The translations under genes and the position numbers were made by a program. Below are positions 63,341-64,000 of a DNA stretch of 64,000 nucleotides, in pieces (position 1 is the stretch's first letter; each line of letters opens with the position of its first letter). Below the pieces are notes generated by a model that worked only from the letters and a program-made list of their open reading frames with translations, did not search any database and was not told the origin of the DNA. The stretch covers positions 61,258,001-61,322,000 of the forward strand of contig NW_024704742.1 of assembly GCF_018977255.1 (NCBI RefSeq), in the 5' to 3' direction. This DNA is from Callorhinchus milii (taxonomy: Eukaryota).

Positions 63341-64000
63341 TAGATGCTGGGAATCTAAACAAAAGGACTAGAGGAAATTTAGGAAGCTATTCAGATTGCT
63401 TTTGAGTAATGAATTGATCAAAACAAAAAACCTAAAATCAAAACCTAAAATTGCCATAGTCACTACACTCAACCACAAACTGAAGCATTATTCTATACAT
63501 CTCTATCTTGTTGTCCATCAATGTGTAAAAGGGAAGCAAAGGGGAAGTATTGTTGTTGCTAGGTTGGTTGCTAGATAAAGAAAATGATCGACAATTCTGA
63601 GGATTACAGTATTTTTACTGCCTATACTGTACTTCATGCTGTTCTTTAATATGAGTGAAGAAGAAGCTGCCATGGGAACTGCAGATAACAAAGACTGGTA
63701 AAAAAATTCTCCATCTTATATGTGATGCTTCCAGGAATTTTGGACCCGAGTGATTTGAAGAATCACAATGTTTGGTTATTTTATGGGTATTTTTAAAGAG
63801 GAACTGTACGTTGCATCCTCTAGACATCTTTGTACTCAGTGTTTACATTTAGCTTTGGGGATAATATCTTCATAGGGTAGAGATGAGTCCAAAGAAAATC
63901 ATCTATGGCTTGGAACAGTTCTTGTCATAACCTTTAAGCACATGAACTGAGTTGTCAGTTCAATTCATACAAGTCATAATAATTGCAGCAGTGGATCCTT

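Noticed and set aside
63642..63698. Possible first exon MSEEEAAMGTADNKD
   Set aside because: Mediocre donor (gtaaaa) and no promoter or CpG-island context.
1..64000. CRISPR array, operons or a prokaryotic/phage system
   Set aside because: There are no regularly spaced repeats with unique spacers and no dense coding; the content is vertebrate retroposon sequence.

Overview
This is eukaryotic, vertebrate-type DNA that looks intronic or intergenic. I found no intact protein-coding gene, rRNA, true tRNA gene or CRISPR array. The repeat content points to a cartilaginous fish, probably a holocephalan such as Callorhinchus; this is an inference from recalled repeat families, not from a search. The window is dominated by decayed retroposons: many L2-clade LINE fragments, CR1-clade fragments, a young tRNA-derived SINE with a Deu-type segment and an L2-like tail (about 12 copies in long and short subfamilies), and an older tRNA/Deu SINE. 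The long ORFs in the track that I could assign are LINE remnants or antisense shadows of them. The most interesting items are: a probable non-autonomous Helitron (53211-53997); two Penelope-like terminal fragments that together rebuild a minimal hammerhead ribozyme core (15635-15773 and 55967-56065); a perfect 30-bp inverted repeat at a head-to-head L2 junction (19371-19433); evidence that the SINE exchanged its tail with L2; an unclassified four-copy repeat; and a few candidate small plus-strand exons of an unidentified gene. Repeat boundaries were read by eye and are approximate (about +/-10-30 nt) unless exact motifs are quoted.
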